64,000 bases of DNA from Tubiluchus corallicola (lineage: Eukaryota > Animalia > Priapulida), in contig JAQGDQ010000007.1 in the NCBI GenBank assembly GCA_030141605.1, forward strand, positions 1,413,173 through 1,477,172. Reading direction: 5' to 3'. Each line of letters starts with the position of its first letter. Within the stretch, counting starts at the first letter, position 1. The notes beneath the pieces were generated by a model that saw only the letters and a program-made list of their open reading frames with translations, was not told the origin of the DNA and searched no databases. Positions 37,571 to 53,300 of this stretch are shown piece after piece. The translations under genes were made by a program, and so were the position numbers.

Positions 37571-40500
37571 GGCAGCAGTGCTTCCACGCCGGGATACTGA
37601 TTCGTAAGAGGTGTCTATTTATAATATCACCCTGTGATCACCATCGTGATCCTGCATGAAGCGCGTATGAGAAAAAATTAAATTTTATTGAAAAATTAAT
37701 TACGCTTCAAGTAATTTTATAGAAAGTGCGAAAAAAGATTTACGAAAGCGGTTAACGCTTATGTTCATCGTAAAGACAAATTTCGTGTTTTATACTAAGA
37801 TATGTAAGAATTATATGGAGTTTACGATGAAATTTTCATGTTGCATAATGCTTATTACTGGACGCAAAGTGTTCGCTACATAAAAAAGCTAAGTGTGCAT
37901 AACATCTATACTGAGGAAATAATGTCAAACTGCGGAAATTCGACTACATAAAACTAAAGTTAAAGTTTGTTAAATGAAACGTATAAAATGGAGTAACGCA
38001 TAGGCCTGCTATTCTGTGTTAACAAAAATAATTGAAATTCAGTAGCGAGTAACGTTACAAGAAAATTTACGACAACATTTTGTGAAATTTCTGAACAATT
38101 GCTCAATTACAATTACATGAACAGAGACGTACGTTAAGAGACTGGTAATAAATAAAAAATTAAAGGCCTTGAGGTCTGGCCACGTCAAAGCCGGGTTCAG
38201 CAACAATTAGTTGCCCGTAGCGTCCAAAATGACCTTCTCGTACATCTCCTTGTACGGATGTTTTTCGTTTGGTTTGCCCAAGTAGTTACGCTGACATCGT
38301 AAGGGATAAGCTAGATTTAGCGCAAAAGCTGTTCCACTTCTCCGGTAATCACGGAACAAAAATAGCGAGAAAGCCAAGTGCGTTCTTTCACGTCATCGGG
38401 TCTCACCAGAGGGATATACATCTGCGGGTCGCCAGAACGGCTTTGTGCCGATACTAGTGATTTCAGCGTCAAGCTTCGCAACTGTGTAAAGCCATAAAGC
38501 TGCCCACAAGCTGTCTACAACGACGACACAAATACTCTGTTTCACCTTGAATTATTCACAAACTAAATTGTAATCCATATAGACTCTACAACTGCTATTT
38601 ACAACAAAAGTACTTCATCACAGTGAAACTGCATCTCCGCTCGAGGATCTTACGCTTACTGCCCGCAGCTGCGGAAAAGCAAGTACCGTCAACTGCTACC
38701 AACAGAAAAACGTACCTTTTGACACAAGTCCTGAACTCAGTGAGCCCTAGCGACTGATAAGCGTGGATCCGTGAAAACAAACGTCAACAGGAACAAGCAG
38801 ACATGTCAACGCTAGCTGGTTCGAAACCACTTGATGCCAAACCATGCCAGGTGCAAGCCGGACAAGCCAACAGGTAACAGAGCCCGTAACTTGCATAGCT
38901 TACGTGGAATACCGTAAAAAATATAAGGCAGTGTGTTTTTAACTGCTGCCAAGTAAAATAGCATGCCACCTTTTCTTTCAACTCGAATGAATAACATCAT
39001 GATGAGGACAGGCTTCACTAAATAAGCTACTCACAGCTTGATGGTCCTACTGCATGTGTTGCTTTCATCTCACATTTTAGAATGTGTTCAATGCCACTCA
39101 ATGCCACACGTGCCGTCAAAGATGTAACAGGTCCCGCAAAAAACCAATCAACATGTGCCTGAGAAAAAAAACTTGGAAAACAAGCTACGGTACCTGCTGA
39201 TCATACCTTAGGTATGCATTTTTTCTGTGACTTCTTTTTGGAGTGCAAGTTCTTGCAGAACTGCTTCTTTCGCGATCATTTTGAATATTAACGGGTAACA
39301 AACACCAATGTTATTCAGGTTTGGGTAATAATCTGACTTAATTTAATCCAATAAGGACTGCAACACATTGTATACCATTTATCTACGTATAATGTTTTCT
39401 GAGATGTATGTAACAATATAATGAAAAGCTTGATCTGCAGCCATCTTTGATTTTTTTAAATTTAAAACAAATTCAGCTTTTCCAAGAAAACACTCGTTAG
39501 GTTGCAACATAACATTGTATATGTCAGAAAATGAGGTGGCACCGCCCTTATCAGTAGTCCTCGCTATTATACTTATAGATCTCTAATAAATGATCTGTGA
39601 GTAAAGGTTTCTGTTCTGATTCACGACAACGATGATTGCTTGACTAGGTCGCTTGCAGTGTTGGATAAAGCTTTTAAGAAAATTTCGTGGCCACACTATC
39701 TATCTAAAAGACCAATTCGTTGGTTTTAATACATCCAGTTAACTCCAGTTATTACCGCATGCAATAGTCGCACTCAGGCTAAAATCCTTATACAGCATAT
39801 TTTTTGAGTGAGTGTATGTGCCTATATGTGTGCGTTCGTGTCTATGATTATAACTGTCTTTGCTGTTTCAGGTACTGAATTTGAGAAAATAAACTTTTTC
39901 CTCCACAAGATGTCACCACAAGTAGAAAAGTATTTCTGTGGATACACAGCATAGAGATTCGCTGGCGGAATCGCTGCTGCCAGAAGATGGCGAGAAAATC
40001 GATTAGGATGCTGAGCTCTTTAGATGCTCTTCCTCTACTCCATTCGCCTTCGCAGTAGATAGGCTGTAATGTAGTAATATGATTGTGAAACTGTAAGGCA
40101 CCAACCTATAGTTCGTAGCTTTGCAGTCTGTGTATACAATTTACAATCACGTGCTTACTGAAACTAGTTAATTGTACCTGACAGATCATCACTGCAAGTT
40201 CATACATTCGACAAGTTCAGTTAATCAAGAAAAGTCAGCTGCACAATAAAGTGATTATTGATGATTATCTGGCATGGAATCATTATAATTTTCATGGCCA
40301 GTTCTATACTGTACTTGAAATCCTGTGAAACTCAATCGCTGCCTCAGTAATTGACATCGTTATCGACTCCTATCATTATTGCTGATACTACACAAGTATT
40401 ATGATTATTATTGTTATCATTGTTCGTTTATAGTTGTTTTTGGCAAAGAAATACATTTGAGTATTTTGTTTAACATAAGCCATAGACAGGACTCCATGTG

Positions 40501-40707
40501 CGCATACTGCGTAATGCGTGATGTATCCATAGGTTTCATAGGTCCGTGAATGCCGTGCGTATCAACAAAGCTCGCGGCGCTTTTTCAGCTATTTTTGGTT
40601 ACTGTCCATGAAAATTGGAAGTAATAATTTTTAGATGGCGTGTTTCCGTCGAAGTTTCAACGCGACAGTGATCAAGAAATAACAGCGATGGCATTAACTT
40701 TTCATTG

Positions 40708-40710
<3 letters not shown>

Positions 40711-40751
<41 letters not shown>
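40711..40751. repeat. (TA)n microsatellite
   Basis: About 20 TA units. Confidence 0.95.
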
Positions 40752-40753
<2 letters not shown>

Positions 40754-43562
40754 CACGGAAAAATTCAAAAGGAGACAGGTTTTGGTGCATAAGATTTTGT
40801 AGGGGAGAGAACAATCCGGCATGTTTCACTACCTAGGTAAAGAACTGCAACTAGATGCAAAAATATGTATATTTATACGCTTCTTCTACAACTCAAATGG
40901 AACGAAAATGGTTACCTGAAACTTGAAAACTCGTTAAATCACCTAGGCAAAGACGGTTTCCGGTCTGCGTATTACTGCTTGTTGCGCATTCGAACCATAC
41001 CGGTCAATCATGTTTAACTGAATACGTATAACGCATCACGCATTACGGATTGCGCGTTAAGTAGACCTACACATGGAAGCATTACATGTATTTAAATATA
41101 AACTGTTTTATACGTGCTATGTATCACATATTACGCATATATGGAATCCTGCTTAAACGAGTGCATGGTGTCCTACCTTAACAAAAAATGTGAGATGGTA
41201 GGTAGCAATCAAGCAGGCAGTAAGGCAAGCAGGTGATTAGGCAGGTAGGTAGGTAGGTAGGTAGGAAGTTAAGTAGGTAAGTAGCTAAGATTACACGAGA
41301 TTAAATTAGATTCTTTTATTTCGACAGCCAGCTAATAAATTGCTTTAACCAGCTAAGGTTAGAAGTTAACTGATTAATTATATAACCAATTTGCAATTTA
41401 ATGCAACTATAAAAAGCGCGCACGCGCACTCACTTACCCTCACGTACACAAGTCTATCTCACCAAATACACAACCCCTCCCCCACGACAAGAAATGTGCA
41501 CAAGAAATATGCTTATATATATATATATATATATTAAAAGACACATGAGCATCAAATCTTGGGTAAATGTTTTCTCTTTTACTCCACATGGCTTCATTTT
41601 AACACGCCGTTGATCGACATACGACCCCATGATAATAATCTATTAAAATATGCATACTGTTACACAAGGTTGTCAGCGGAATAGAAAATGCATTTATATC
41701 AACAATGCTAACATGTCATGCTGATGTAACACGTCAGCAGTATTATATGGCTTAGCTGATTAATTGAAAACTACATTTTTTTATTTTAATACTCTGTTTT
41801 AGACAACTGGCTCAGTAACTAAAAAGTGTTAAACTTTTCATTTGTCCGCAGCTTACAAAACGTTGTTACTTCTTTCTGTCGGAAAATATTAAATGTGAAG
41901 CAAAAATGCAATTAACAACAACAACAACAACAACAACAACAAAGGTAGCTGAAATTACACAGCTATTTGCGAAAATCTTTGAAGTTGAAACAGTAATTTA
42001 CAATAACCTATTTTAATAAATGCAGAGATTGTTGAGACGAAAGAGTAAGTAGAATTGAAATCATTCATTAAAACTCACAGTAGCGCTTATCGTTTCGGTT
42101 TACAATAATTCTTGTGCTGAAAATAAGGCCAAAAGCAATCATATTATCACCAAAAATTATCAAAAGGCTTAAAAATATTACAGAAATAATCAAATCAGTG
42201 CTAGATTAAATAGGCATAGTATAGTAGCTGTAAAAAGAGAATTTTTGTAAAAACATGGGAAAGATAATGATAAAGCTATAGATAAGAAAAATATTGGTAA
42301 CTTCGATAATGTTTGTTTTTCTCTCATGCTGTGAATTTTAGCGTGTTTGTAATGTTTTAATGCTGACGTTCTCTTGAATCTCATCCAATGGTAATCTTTC
42401 TCGTGTTTTTAAAGAAATAGCTACTATACTATTCAGTGTACTGTACTTACTTAGCCTAGCACTGATTCCTTATTTCTATAGTTTTTAGGCCTTTCCATAT
42501 TTTTTATGATGATGTTACTAAAGAATGTAATTGGCCTTATTTTCAGTTTTAGACATAAAGGGGTGGTCGCAACTGTAAATAAAATCATGATGCAGCACTT
42601 TCGCATATTTGAAACGATTCTAGTTGTAGGACTTGAAGAGTTTGTAGAATTGAATTCTTTTGCAGAAGCAATATCACTTGCTGGAAAAATCCCAAACTGA
42701 GAGACAAGCTCAACTTGATTTCAAAAAGAGATTAGCGCAAGAACTGAAGTTCTCTTCTCATGCTGTTTGCAGAACATGGAAATTTTCATAGTATGATAAA
42801 AGTTGGCGCGGCGGAACACGAAGCGTTTTGTTCAATAAGTCTACTACGCTCCAGTGAAACACATCAAAGTCGAAGGCATCCGCAAAATGTGCAATTTATC
42901 TCAGGCGGTAACCCCATAGAGCCAAAGCCGCTAGTTGCCGCTGCAGTATTGCATCGGTCATTATTGAATTCTTTCTTTAGTCAATATAAAGCGAAGTCAA
43001 CGCGTGGCATAGTTCACAATCTGAAAACGCGCGGCTTCCAGTGAGAGCCGTAAAATGAATAATTTGCCCGTCGTTTCAGTAGGTCGGATTGCGTTTGAGA
43101 AGCAAATTGAAGTTACTGCTGGGCGTCATCGTTTCATTAGGTCCATTCACAGCATCATCAAACGTACTGAGGGGCGTGTTCATTACCAAGTACAGTAATG
43201 CTATCCATTCAACTTTAGTTTACATCGCAAATACAAAGTAACGAGAAAAAGATTTTTATCTACAGTTGATTTGAGCACGATTTTTATTTGATGAACAAAC
43301 TAAGAAGAGCTCTCCGTTTTTGGCTGCACCGCAATTAAAAATCCGAACGTTACATTAGCAATGGATGTTTACCAGACGTGTGAAACGTGTCGTGCATGAG
43401 AAACAAACCTGCTGTGACTTCACATGTTAAAATGCCTCAATTACTGAGTTTGAAAGTTCTTCGGTGAGACAGGATTCTTGCAAAACAGGGAGCGTGCACA
43501 ACTGTTGGGATGTAGGATGTAGGAAGTAACTGGATTAAAGTAGCCGACTTTTAACCTGTAAA

Positions 43563-44348
43563 ATGGCCGATGTCGATGTAGGTTGGACGTGGGAAGAAAG
43601 AATCGAACGCCCTTCCGTTGTGTACGGTAACATTTCTGGTGTGGTCAGCTTGGCGCTAGATGGCCTTTTAGTGATAACTAACATACTTCCTGTGATTGTA
43701 GTATGCTGCATAAAACCGACCAGAGAGCGATTAATAATGGACGAGTTAGTGGCATTATTGAGCGTGTCCACATTGGTGTCTGTATTAGTACCAGTTCCAT
43801 TGACAGCTATATCTTTTTTTAGGCAAGAATGGTGGGGTGGAGAAAGGACGTGTTACTTTTACCAAATTTTTACTGTGTGGTTAAAGTTGTCCTCGATGTT
43901 TTTAGTGACTCTTATGGGTGTAGATAGAGCAGTCACGTTAAAACACACCTTAACTAGAAAAAGCTTTCGAAGATATCCGCGAAACGCCCGGCTTTTAGTG
44001 GCCATATCTTTTACTCTGTCTCTGTCCATTTCTTTACTACCGCTAATTGGTTTCGCACCTGAAGCCATGGCTGGCGACACCTGTCGACCGTTGATATTAG
44101 CTCCCGATGACACATCGTCCATTCACCAGAAGGTTTTCTACGTTAGTTTTTTAAGCGTGGGTTACCTAAATCTACTTCTCACAACGGGTGCCAACTTCAA
44201 AGCCTCTGGATTTCTCTCAAAACTATCCAAACATGGATATGAAGATAGGTGGCCGTCAGCTTGTATGGACAAGAAGGTCCTTCTGGATTGCTCTCAGGTT
44301 ATCGTAGCTGTCGCTATGGTTTTCTACGCCACGTGGCTGCCTGCCTTT
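43563..44348 (+). CDS. GPCR exon 1 (TM1-TM6)
   Basis: aaaATGG start, 262 codons, ends WLPAF|gtaagt. Confidence 0.9.
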
Positions 44349-47300
44349 GTAAGTATTGTAGACTTAACTTCTGTTTTCGTAAATATGGAGTGTTTACTAA
44401 TTGGTGTGGATGTAGTTTAGCATAGGCAAATTAGTATAGGCAATTGTTTCTTAAATTCAGGAGCAGCTTTCAGCGTTTACAAAACGTGTTCGTTTTGACC
44501 ACGAAAAATGCTTTGTCATTACTGCTGCTTTTAAGCCCTTGTGTAATATATAATAGATAGAAACTAATTATGGCAAGCACAGGGATTAAAAATTGCTTAC
44601 ATTGAGGGGGGCGAGAATCACTAAGACCGTTTTAAAAGGAATACGAGAACATCTTGACGAGGATTTTAGAGATCCTATTCCTAAGAGCTTTTGCTTCTCA
44701 TAATGCTTCTAATACTAGTAGGCCTATTGAAAAACATCATCACCGTACAAACAATAATATAAAACTCGTTGGCGGTTCTTTTAGAAATAATAGAAATAAT
44801 CAGAACTAGAAAATTGTTCTTGTAGAACTGGACAATCTCTGGAACTTTTGAAGTGCTGACATTTCAAAGTGTCGTTAATCATGGAACGAAAGATAATGGT
44901 AAAGCCTCTGTTCTTTAAATTAATGACAGCCCCTATTCTTTAAATTAATGAATTTGACACAATAGAAGTAGAAGTAGAAATAGAAATACAATAACTGTCG
45001 CAAGTCAAACAGAAATCGTTTAATATTTTTAACACTCTTCTGGAATACTGACAGAGTTTCTATTTGGCGGCTGAATATACCACTGATACTGATAAAAAAA
45101 GTTTACCACAATCTACTAACCATTTGAAAAGTCTAATTTTCAAGTGGCACCAAAGACACATCACTTGTTCACTATTCATCCTAGGTAATTAATTTTGGTG
45201 TTTAATCCCATGTTTTGGGGATCGAAAATCCAGTTAGCATATTTAAATTATTATAAAGTGATTACAAATTTGTGAATTCCGAGGTGGCCCACTAATACGA
45301 TATACACTCTTGTAAACCCACTTGCGTGGCCTTTCGTTTGAAGGATACGGGGTTGCCGTCGCCCGTCGATATCTATATTGATGGTTCATGGATACTAGTT
45401 ATCCGTTGATATATTCCGTGTGGCGTCTACAATAGCCACAACTTTTATGCGTCCCTATTTTGTGTTCAAGAAGAAGAAGAAGAAGAAGAAAGGTCTGGCT
45501 TTGAGATAGATATTTGGCATCTATTTATGTAGCCTAGGCTATTTATGTAGCGAGTCTTGGCAACCAAAGCAATACACTTCTCTATTATGCTGAGACGAAA
45601 AACATTTCGTTCAGACGAACCAGCAGCTCCTACAGTGTACGACATCAGTGATATGAAACAAGCCCTGTGTAGTTTTGAGGTGCTAACGGTTACTATGCAA
45701 CGTGATAGACGTGATACTGCTTAACGTATTTTAGAGTTGGGAAAAGTCACGGTTTCAGAAACTAACTTGTGAAGAGTGAAACTACACAGGCCTGTGGTAA
45801 TGCATTTCTCCTCCCGAATCAAACAATTAATATTACAGAAGGCTTTGGAAGCGAGGCAACGGCCATTTTGTTTGGTGACAAGAGTACCCATTCACTCGCC
45901 CCTTTACGCTATGACCTTTTTAGCAAAAAAATGTTTCTGCCAAGTCTTTTCTTACCCCAGAATGTCTCCCTTTTACAAAATCCTCAACTAAATGTTATTG
46001 CCTTAGAGCGTATTATCAGCTAATAGTGTGAATGGGATTGAAATGGAACGTGGAGAATTATCGGTTCGTTTGTAGCAAGCTTCTGCTCCTCCGGAAAGCA
46101 CAACTGCATGCGATCTCGGTGCAGTTGCAGAGGACATCCACTGCCATGCATCCCAGTACCCCGAAACATGGAGTTAAGACGAAAAATTCCTGGTCTATGA
46201 TGAATATTGAAAGAATAATGAACATTTTCATATTTGAAGATAAATGGCAAAATGGGAGGAGTAAAATCAGATGGCAATTGCGTTTTCTAAAAGACCAACG
46301 TCATTTGGACTTAAACGTGTCAGAAACCTTAAAATGCACAATCAGCTTTTGAGGTTAAAGAATTGACAAAGATATCCCCCTCTAAGCTTCCTTGTAAAGT
46401 GACTCTCAATAGCTTTTCATGGTCTACTACGGGATTGTGTCATTTAGACCAATATCTGTTGGTTATGTGGTTATATTTCTAATAAAAAAAAATCAAAATT
46501 CAACAATTTACATTTTGTTAGTTTGCGTAACGTGCTGTCCTAGTCTGCTTAACTGGATAGTTCATTAACCACATCACCTAATTTACTATTTTGAAACCTG
46601 TTGATTCGCTAAGAGTAAGGTCATTTACATATATGTATCTCACCGGATACTGACTGACAATGTCACTATTCACAATTTGGAATCCCACAGGCCTAAGCAG
46701 TTCAGAAAGTGTCATTAATATTTACATGTTTCACAGTCATTTAAGGAGCATAAGCAAGGATGCATACCCAAATATGCAAATTAGAGTCCTCGATTCGAAA
46801 GACACGCGATTAGACACAAAAATTACTTATCTAGGATGGATAACGAAAACAAAAATAAATATTTTTACCCACATTTGATGACATCTTGAAAATTAGGCCT
46901 GTTTAGTCGTTAAACTATTGTGAACTTTTAACATGGTTTGAAACACACCTGGTACTATGAAAAAACCGCTGAAAAACCTTTTGTAGGAATTTTGGGGTCA
47001 AACTATATTTTAAGCCGCCTGTATAGCATAAGAACATGAGAACACAATCATACAGAGCAGGAACAAAAAAGCGAATAAAAAACAGAACAGCGACGACAAA
47101 AAAACATTGGAAATGATACACGCATATCAGAGGCATTATCATCGCTAAGACTGGTGGCGTTTCGGGAATGTCCTTTCCTCAGCCAGAGGTCGTACACTCT
47201 TACACTCTTCTTACACTCCTTATATAAAGCTAAAGTCAAATGGACAAAGCTTTGATGCAAAACCGTTCAAGTTGTCGTTTAAGGATGACTAAACGCCTGA

Positions 47301-50300
47301 AAGATACGAATACGAGAGAATGACATTTATATCCTCTATAATAGGGCTACATGTCTGTGTATTTGATAAAAGCGCGCTTCTGTTTTAATGCATTTTATAC
47401 AAATATAAGCATTTCATCATTTGCTTTTCTACATTTGCAGTGTGACCAACTGTGAGGTTAGGATAGATCCACGAAAAATGAAGTAAAATCTATGGATTAC
47501 GGATATAGTTATCGATATCAAATTTTATGTCCACGGCAATCCGGCTTATTATCACGCGGATTTTTAATAATATGAGACTATTATATTGAAATGACACTGC
47601 CAAGTAGGCTTTAATAACGGAATTATTAAACTAAAATAATTTATAAAAAATAATCTTCGTGTTTGTGATGGTACAAAACCACTGTAATAATAATCTTGAC
47701 GTTAAGATTACAATAGTTATTCTTCATGTTTAGTTTTTCAATAAGAAAATGAATTTTCCTTTTTTCCTTTTAGCCTAACTAGGACTTGGTCATCCTTACA
47801 TGGTAATAAAAGTTGTGTCATTTTTTATGACCTCGTTGTCCATTCCGCACCTTGGAAAGATGGGAAGGGTTTCTATTAAACAAATGGCTTAACAGAAATT
47901 TTGATGACATTTGCAATGGCAAGATACAATATCTCCTTCTACAAAATCTGTGGTCATATCTCGTGTACGATGTGTCAAGCGGTCATATTAGATTTGCACA
48001 ACGGCAGAAAACGCTGACGAACAATAATTATGGCTGGAAATTACAAACGATGAAGCCATCTGCTACCCAATCATCAAGTGACCACCGCATGATCTTGTAC
48101 TTATTAGACGTTGTTGTTCAAATGTCTGAGCAGTCTCAAACTCAAGCAAACACCTAAACATAATGCGTTTATTATTCATGAATAAGTAATTGTTAACAGC
48201 TTTGCCTTTCTAGAATTCGTTCGCTGCTTCGCTGTTATTACTTTATTATAAATGTCTATGACACTATGGCTTCATTGCACACAGTATACATTTGAAGAAA
48301 TAACCAGTAACCCAGAAACGACACTATACTGAAAATTTTTCCTGCATGTTGTTATGTCTTAAACTACAGGGACGAAATAAAATAGATATTTTTGGAGAAT
48401 GAAGCCAAAAAAACAAAATATTTTTAATTCAGTACTAACAAAGTAATTGAAATAATTATATAAAACTATTTTTAACAAAACAGTTGAATTTAATTTCTGC
48501 GCAGAACACTAAGATCGTTAACGGCATTTGTAAAAATAATAGTGCACAAATAATAAACGCCGTATAAGAGCAATTATAAAAAGTATGCACAAGAAAATCA
48601 AAAGCTTAAAATTCATACCATAAAAACACTTCACATGTACCAGCCTATCAATGTTCTAGTGGTCTAATTTATATATTGCAGTTAGAGAATGTTTCAGAAC
48701 ATTATAGCAGCAACACCGCTATGTACATGTCATTTCAGATTATTCTGCATTGTTACATGTACAGATGTCCCACGGATGACGTAAACAAAACTACAAATTG
48801 AATATTCAGATTTATTATTATTCAAGTGTGCAAGTGTTCTGTACAATGTTTTCAGTGGCCGTTGTGGCAATTTTATAATGTAAAATGAAAACAATTCACG
48901 TCCAAGCAAGGGGTAATTTAACGATTTTGTGGGTATTTAAACATAAATTGTAAAATATTAATATATCGCGTGAAAATATGAAAAAAGCTATAGGCCGAAT
49001 TGCTGTCACAACAAATCTGGAACTACACACTTCATGCTATCAACAACTATTCATCAGTCTAACCTCCATGTCTTACCAATGCTACTCATCCACCAATATC
49101 AATAATGCGCACAGTTTCCACGTAGTGTATTAAAAAAACATAACTTTGTTTGTTCCCAATTAAAATCTTAATCTTCATATTGTAAAAAAATTGTCGAAGT
49201 CGCTATTTAAACTTCACGCATAGCGATTTTCATTTGCGTAACCGGTTGAGAAATTTGATGTGAGTAGAGCCATTCCTAACATGCAAACACAGCATTTATA
49301 AGATTGAAACCAAGGCACACGTGAAATTACTTCCTAATTACAAAGAGCCTGCAAAATACGTAGGAAATCTTGTTTTGATTAAAAACTGCAGATGCACGAA
49401 AGAAAACAATTTCATCTTTAGTAACAAACAGTTTCATCTTCAGGGACAATTTGGCGTCCATTTATGTTGATCGTCTAACGCCAAGTCTATTGTGCGTGAC
49501 ATTCAAGTCTTAGGCAGCTTATCTGAGTTTGTCAAACTGCATATCAACACAGAAGCTCTATATATCATTCGTACATGTCATTGGACAGATTGCCTTTGCT
49601 TTGCATTCATTATCGTACACAAGAAAGCATTATTTTTGCTGAAATGCGCGCACGTTCATGCGATCAATACGCAGTACTCAAGTGTAGTGCAATAACGAAT
49701 ACTCAAGCAAAACACGAATACAATTCCGAGTTTATTCGTCAAAGAAATCTTCTTTGACGAAAAGCGGTTTCCACATTTCTATTCTTTGAGTTTTTCCCCA
49801 TTGCGTGAACATGGGGATGACAAAATAATTAAATAACTTATAAAACTTCAAACAACAATAACTTTCAAAAACTATTAATAGCGCCAATCCGTTATTCTTC
49901 GGCCTGTCTTACTAGACTAAGGAGTTAAGACACTTTGATAATGAGCACATTAGTGGCAGACACTTGACAGTGATCACTTCAGCAATTTATAACGGACACT
50001 TGGACAGTGGACTCTTGGGCAGTGAAAATCTAGATAATTGGACAGTTAAGCATTTTGGGTATGGATACATAAACAATGTAATATTATGCGTCAAGCTTGG
50101 CCATTTCTGGATGAACAATTTCCAGGCAAAAGCTGTTAGGAAAATTCTTCTCCAGATGGCACGTCCTTACACTTTGGAAATCTGGCTAAAATTAGGGGAT
50201 ATTCACGCCACAAACACTATTCAATAAAAGCGGTTTTTTCAAATCGGTAGTTTTAGAGAAACTATTCTAAGGCTAAGTAGTCGTCATGCTGTAATCATAT

Positions 50301-53300
50301 TTTAACGCTTACTTTGCAGTGAAATTACCTTGTCAAAAAAGGCCAAACCCTTTTCAGTCAGTGTTTTACAGTGAGCGGCCGCAATTCAACTGTAGACCTG
50401 CCTGTTAATGTTAAATGGTTGTGGCGAGACGAAATCCAGCCCATTGTGAAGGGCAGTATTGTAAGATAAGACAGCATATGTGTGTCGTTAATAGGACAAA
50501 TTGTCCTCGGTAGTATGGCAGATAGCACAGGTGTTTTAGATTGCATTCTAAAATACTTTTTATATAGTACGAAAAACCAAGGCTGTGTTCTACCGTGTTA
50601 TAGCTGATATTGCAATAAACGCTTGTATTTTAACACAAAAAATTAACACATATTGCAATAAAAAATAAACGCGCAATGTAATATAAATAACCGATACTGG
50701 TCGCATAATAAAAGTAACCGATACTAACGCATAATGTTAGACCCCCAAAATAACGTAATAACAAAAATTCTAACCTAATGTAATAACAAGTAGAATTAAT
50801 GTTACTTGGTACAGTTTTCTTATAATATGTATTAAAATATTTTTGATTTTTTTGGAATATGAAGAGGTGCGTATTAGTTCCTGGACATCGCAACCCTCTT
50901 CAACGATTTACCATCAGCGCAGTGAGTCAATGACGGCTCATTTAATCAACTAACCGCTCCACTTCTTTGTGGTATGATGTTGTTGTTGTTTTTCCTTGGT
51001 TCATGACTGCTTTTTCACTGACGTATCAAGTATTTAATCCAATGACTGAATTAACACTCACGCACGAACACCAACACGCATACTCGGTACTTTTAATACA
51101 CTTTTGGAAGACATTATTTAACACAGGAGTCTACATCTATGGAAACAAATAGTAACATAGTTAAAGGGTCAGTATAAGTGCTTTACGCCTGCTGGTTTCC
51201 AAATATTTTTAAAATATATACTTTATAAGCAGCTATAAAGTTTCAAATTAGTAGTTTCTGTGTGAGCACTAGCGGAAACGGATCCGATTATTTATTGGTT
51301 ATATGAATGTAAAATATCATAGTCGAATACACGAGTTTTATCCAAATTACGAGTCTTTTAAAATTTTTAACATAATGCTACACTGAGTTAAAGGCATGTA
51401 AATAACTATTGTGTTCAGACACATTTCTACTAGAATACCGCTGTAGGCCTACGCATGGTATGTATAAACTATATGAGAAGTGCCGGTTAAAATTAACTTG
51501 AACTAGTGAGGCAACATCACTTTCAAACCGAGTCAAGAAATACGCCATTCCCACGTAGTCCCTCAACACTACACTATTGGTACCAGGTATCACTAATTTA
51601 GTTAGTTATCACATTGTTTTGTGGTTTTATAATATACGCTGCTCTTCGGGTTATCACATTATGTGTCAACTTTTATTAGATTATGCGTTATTTTTTCCTG
51701 GACTACACAATATCGGGCGCTAAGTACATTACCAGTTGTAACAAGCAATTTTATTACAATACTGTATATCGTAAATTTTTAAGCATCAACGGTGCACTTT
51801 GTTAATTTAATTTAAAGCACTTGAATAGGGTTATCAGAACTTCATTGCAAACTTATTGTGCATTATAGCCTAACCAGTTAATGAATCAGAATTTCAGAAA
51901 GAATGTGGTAATTACGAGTCGTTCTTGGCCGTTACTACCCCAAATACGGACGATTACTGTCACTCTACTAGTCGTATAATCAAGTTATATGAGCACTGCA
52001 AAAGAGCATTAATCTTTAATGCATCCTTTCGACTTTTTTATTCTTTCGCACGTGGCTTGTTTTCAGAAGCCTAATTCCCAAGAGTTATACCAGGGGTGTC
52101 ATAAACTGCTAGACGAAGCCATACTGAGTTAATAGTTCGTACAGTTTGCAAATGAACAATTTATGCTTGCCGGTAGGGCAAATCAAGTAATTGCAGTTTG
52201 TTGCGGACACCGGGCACATCGCGAAGACGTTAATCGTTCTCGTGCACAGCTGCTGAAATCAATAAGTCATGTGCGCTATTGGTCTTCTTCATTTCAGATA
52301 ATAGGATATTGTTGCGGTTGCTTGACACTCTGCTTGACGCACAGGTTTTGAGCAAGCTTGATTACTTGCGACAACTGTACGCGGTAAACTCTAATCGTAC
52401 CGCACACGTTGTCCCTTGACTCTCTATGCAGTTGTTGCAACCTTATATGTAAGGTAAACGCTAACCATACTAAATGTTCAAACCGCTTAATCAGCCGCAA
52501 AGGCTTCAACTAGTTTTGTAGTTCCATATGAAAGAAATCTAATAAGCTATGCTTAATATTACACTGATGATTTACCTGAGGCCTTGCTGCCATAATGATT
52601 AAGCAATAAACAAAAAGCGGTATTTAACGAATACACCATATCCAAGTCAAACAATTGCACTAAATGGCTTCATAGACTGTCTTTACCAAGAACTGACCTA
52701 TGACAGCAATTTTATCTGCTATATTCAATGAAACTGCAAAGATGATTAAAATGCCCGCTCCAAACTTATCTCCAGACTCAGTGCTTATCAAGGGAAAACG
52801 TCCTGTTCAGACCGATTTGTTCTAGATGTCTTGATCGAGAAATGACCATTAGGAAATCGTTGGTGGCTTTCTGCTAAACAGTAATATTCCGCATAAATTA
52901 CACTTAATCAACGGAATGTTAATTCCAACCCAATCCTAAGAATTAGTGCCATGTCGTTCTGCGGGCTACAATAGAAAAGTTGTCCCTGTCACTACAAATT
53001 TATCTGTAATTTTCTGCTAGAGAACTTCAAGTGCCAAAGATGACACTTGAAAACTGACACTCCATCAACAGAAAATGTCCAGGGCCATCTTAAGGCACGG
53101 TACACAGGATAGTTGCCATGAACACTTGTTGCTATTTTGCGCATCTCGTTTCAGCATGTTTTTCGTTGATTTTGTCAAAAATAGTTGTATTAAAAGCACT
53201 CTTCACCGAATTTTTAGGCTTACTTGATGGCCGTTAAGCTTACTTTAACATTTTGGTTCCACATGTGGCAAAATAGAGGCCTACATTGCTTTTAAGATGA

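Noticed and set aside
40485-41156. Possible TIR element (caggactccat.. / ..atggaatcctgcttaa)
   Set aside because: The inverted match is short and degenerate and no TSD could be established.
44349-44420. Single-exon 285-aa six-TM GPCR as shown in the ORF track
   Set aside because: Read-through into the intron. A gtaagt donor at 44349 joins in phase to the TM7 exon at 59135.
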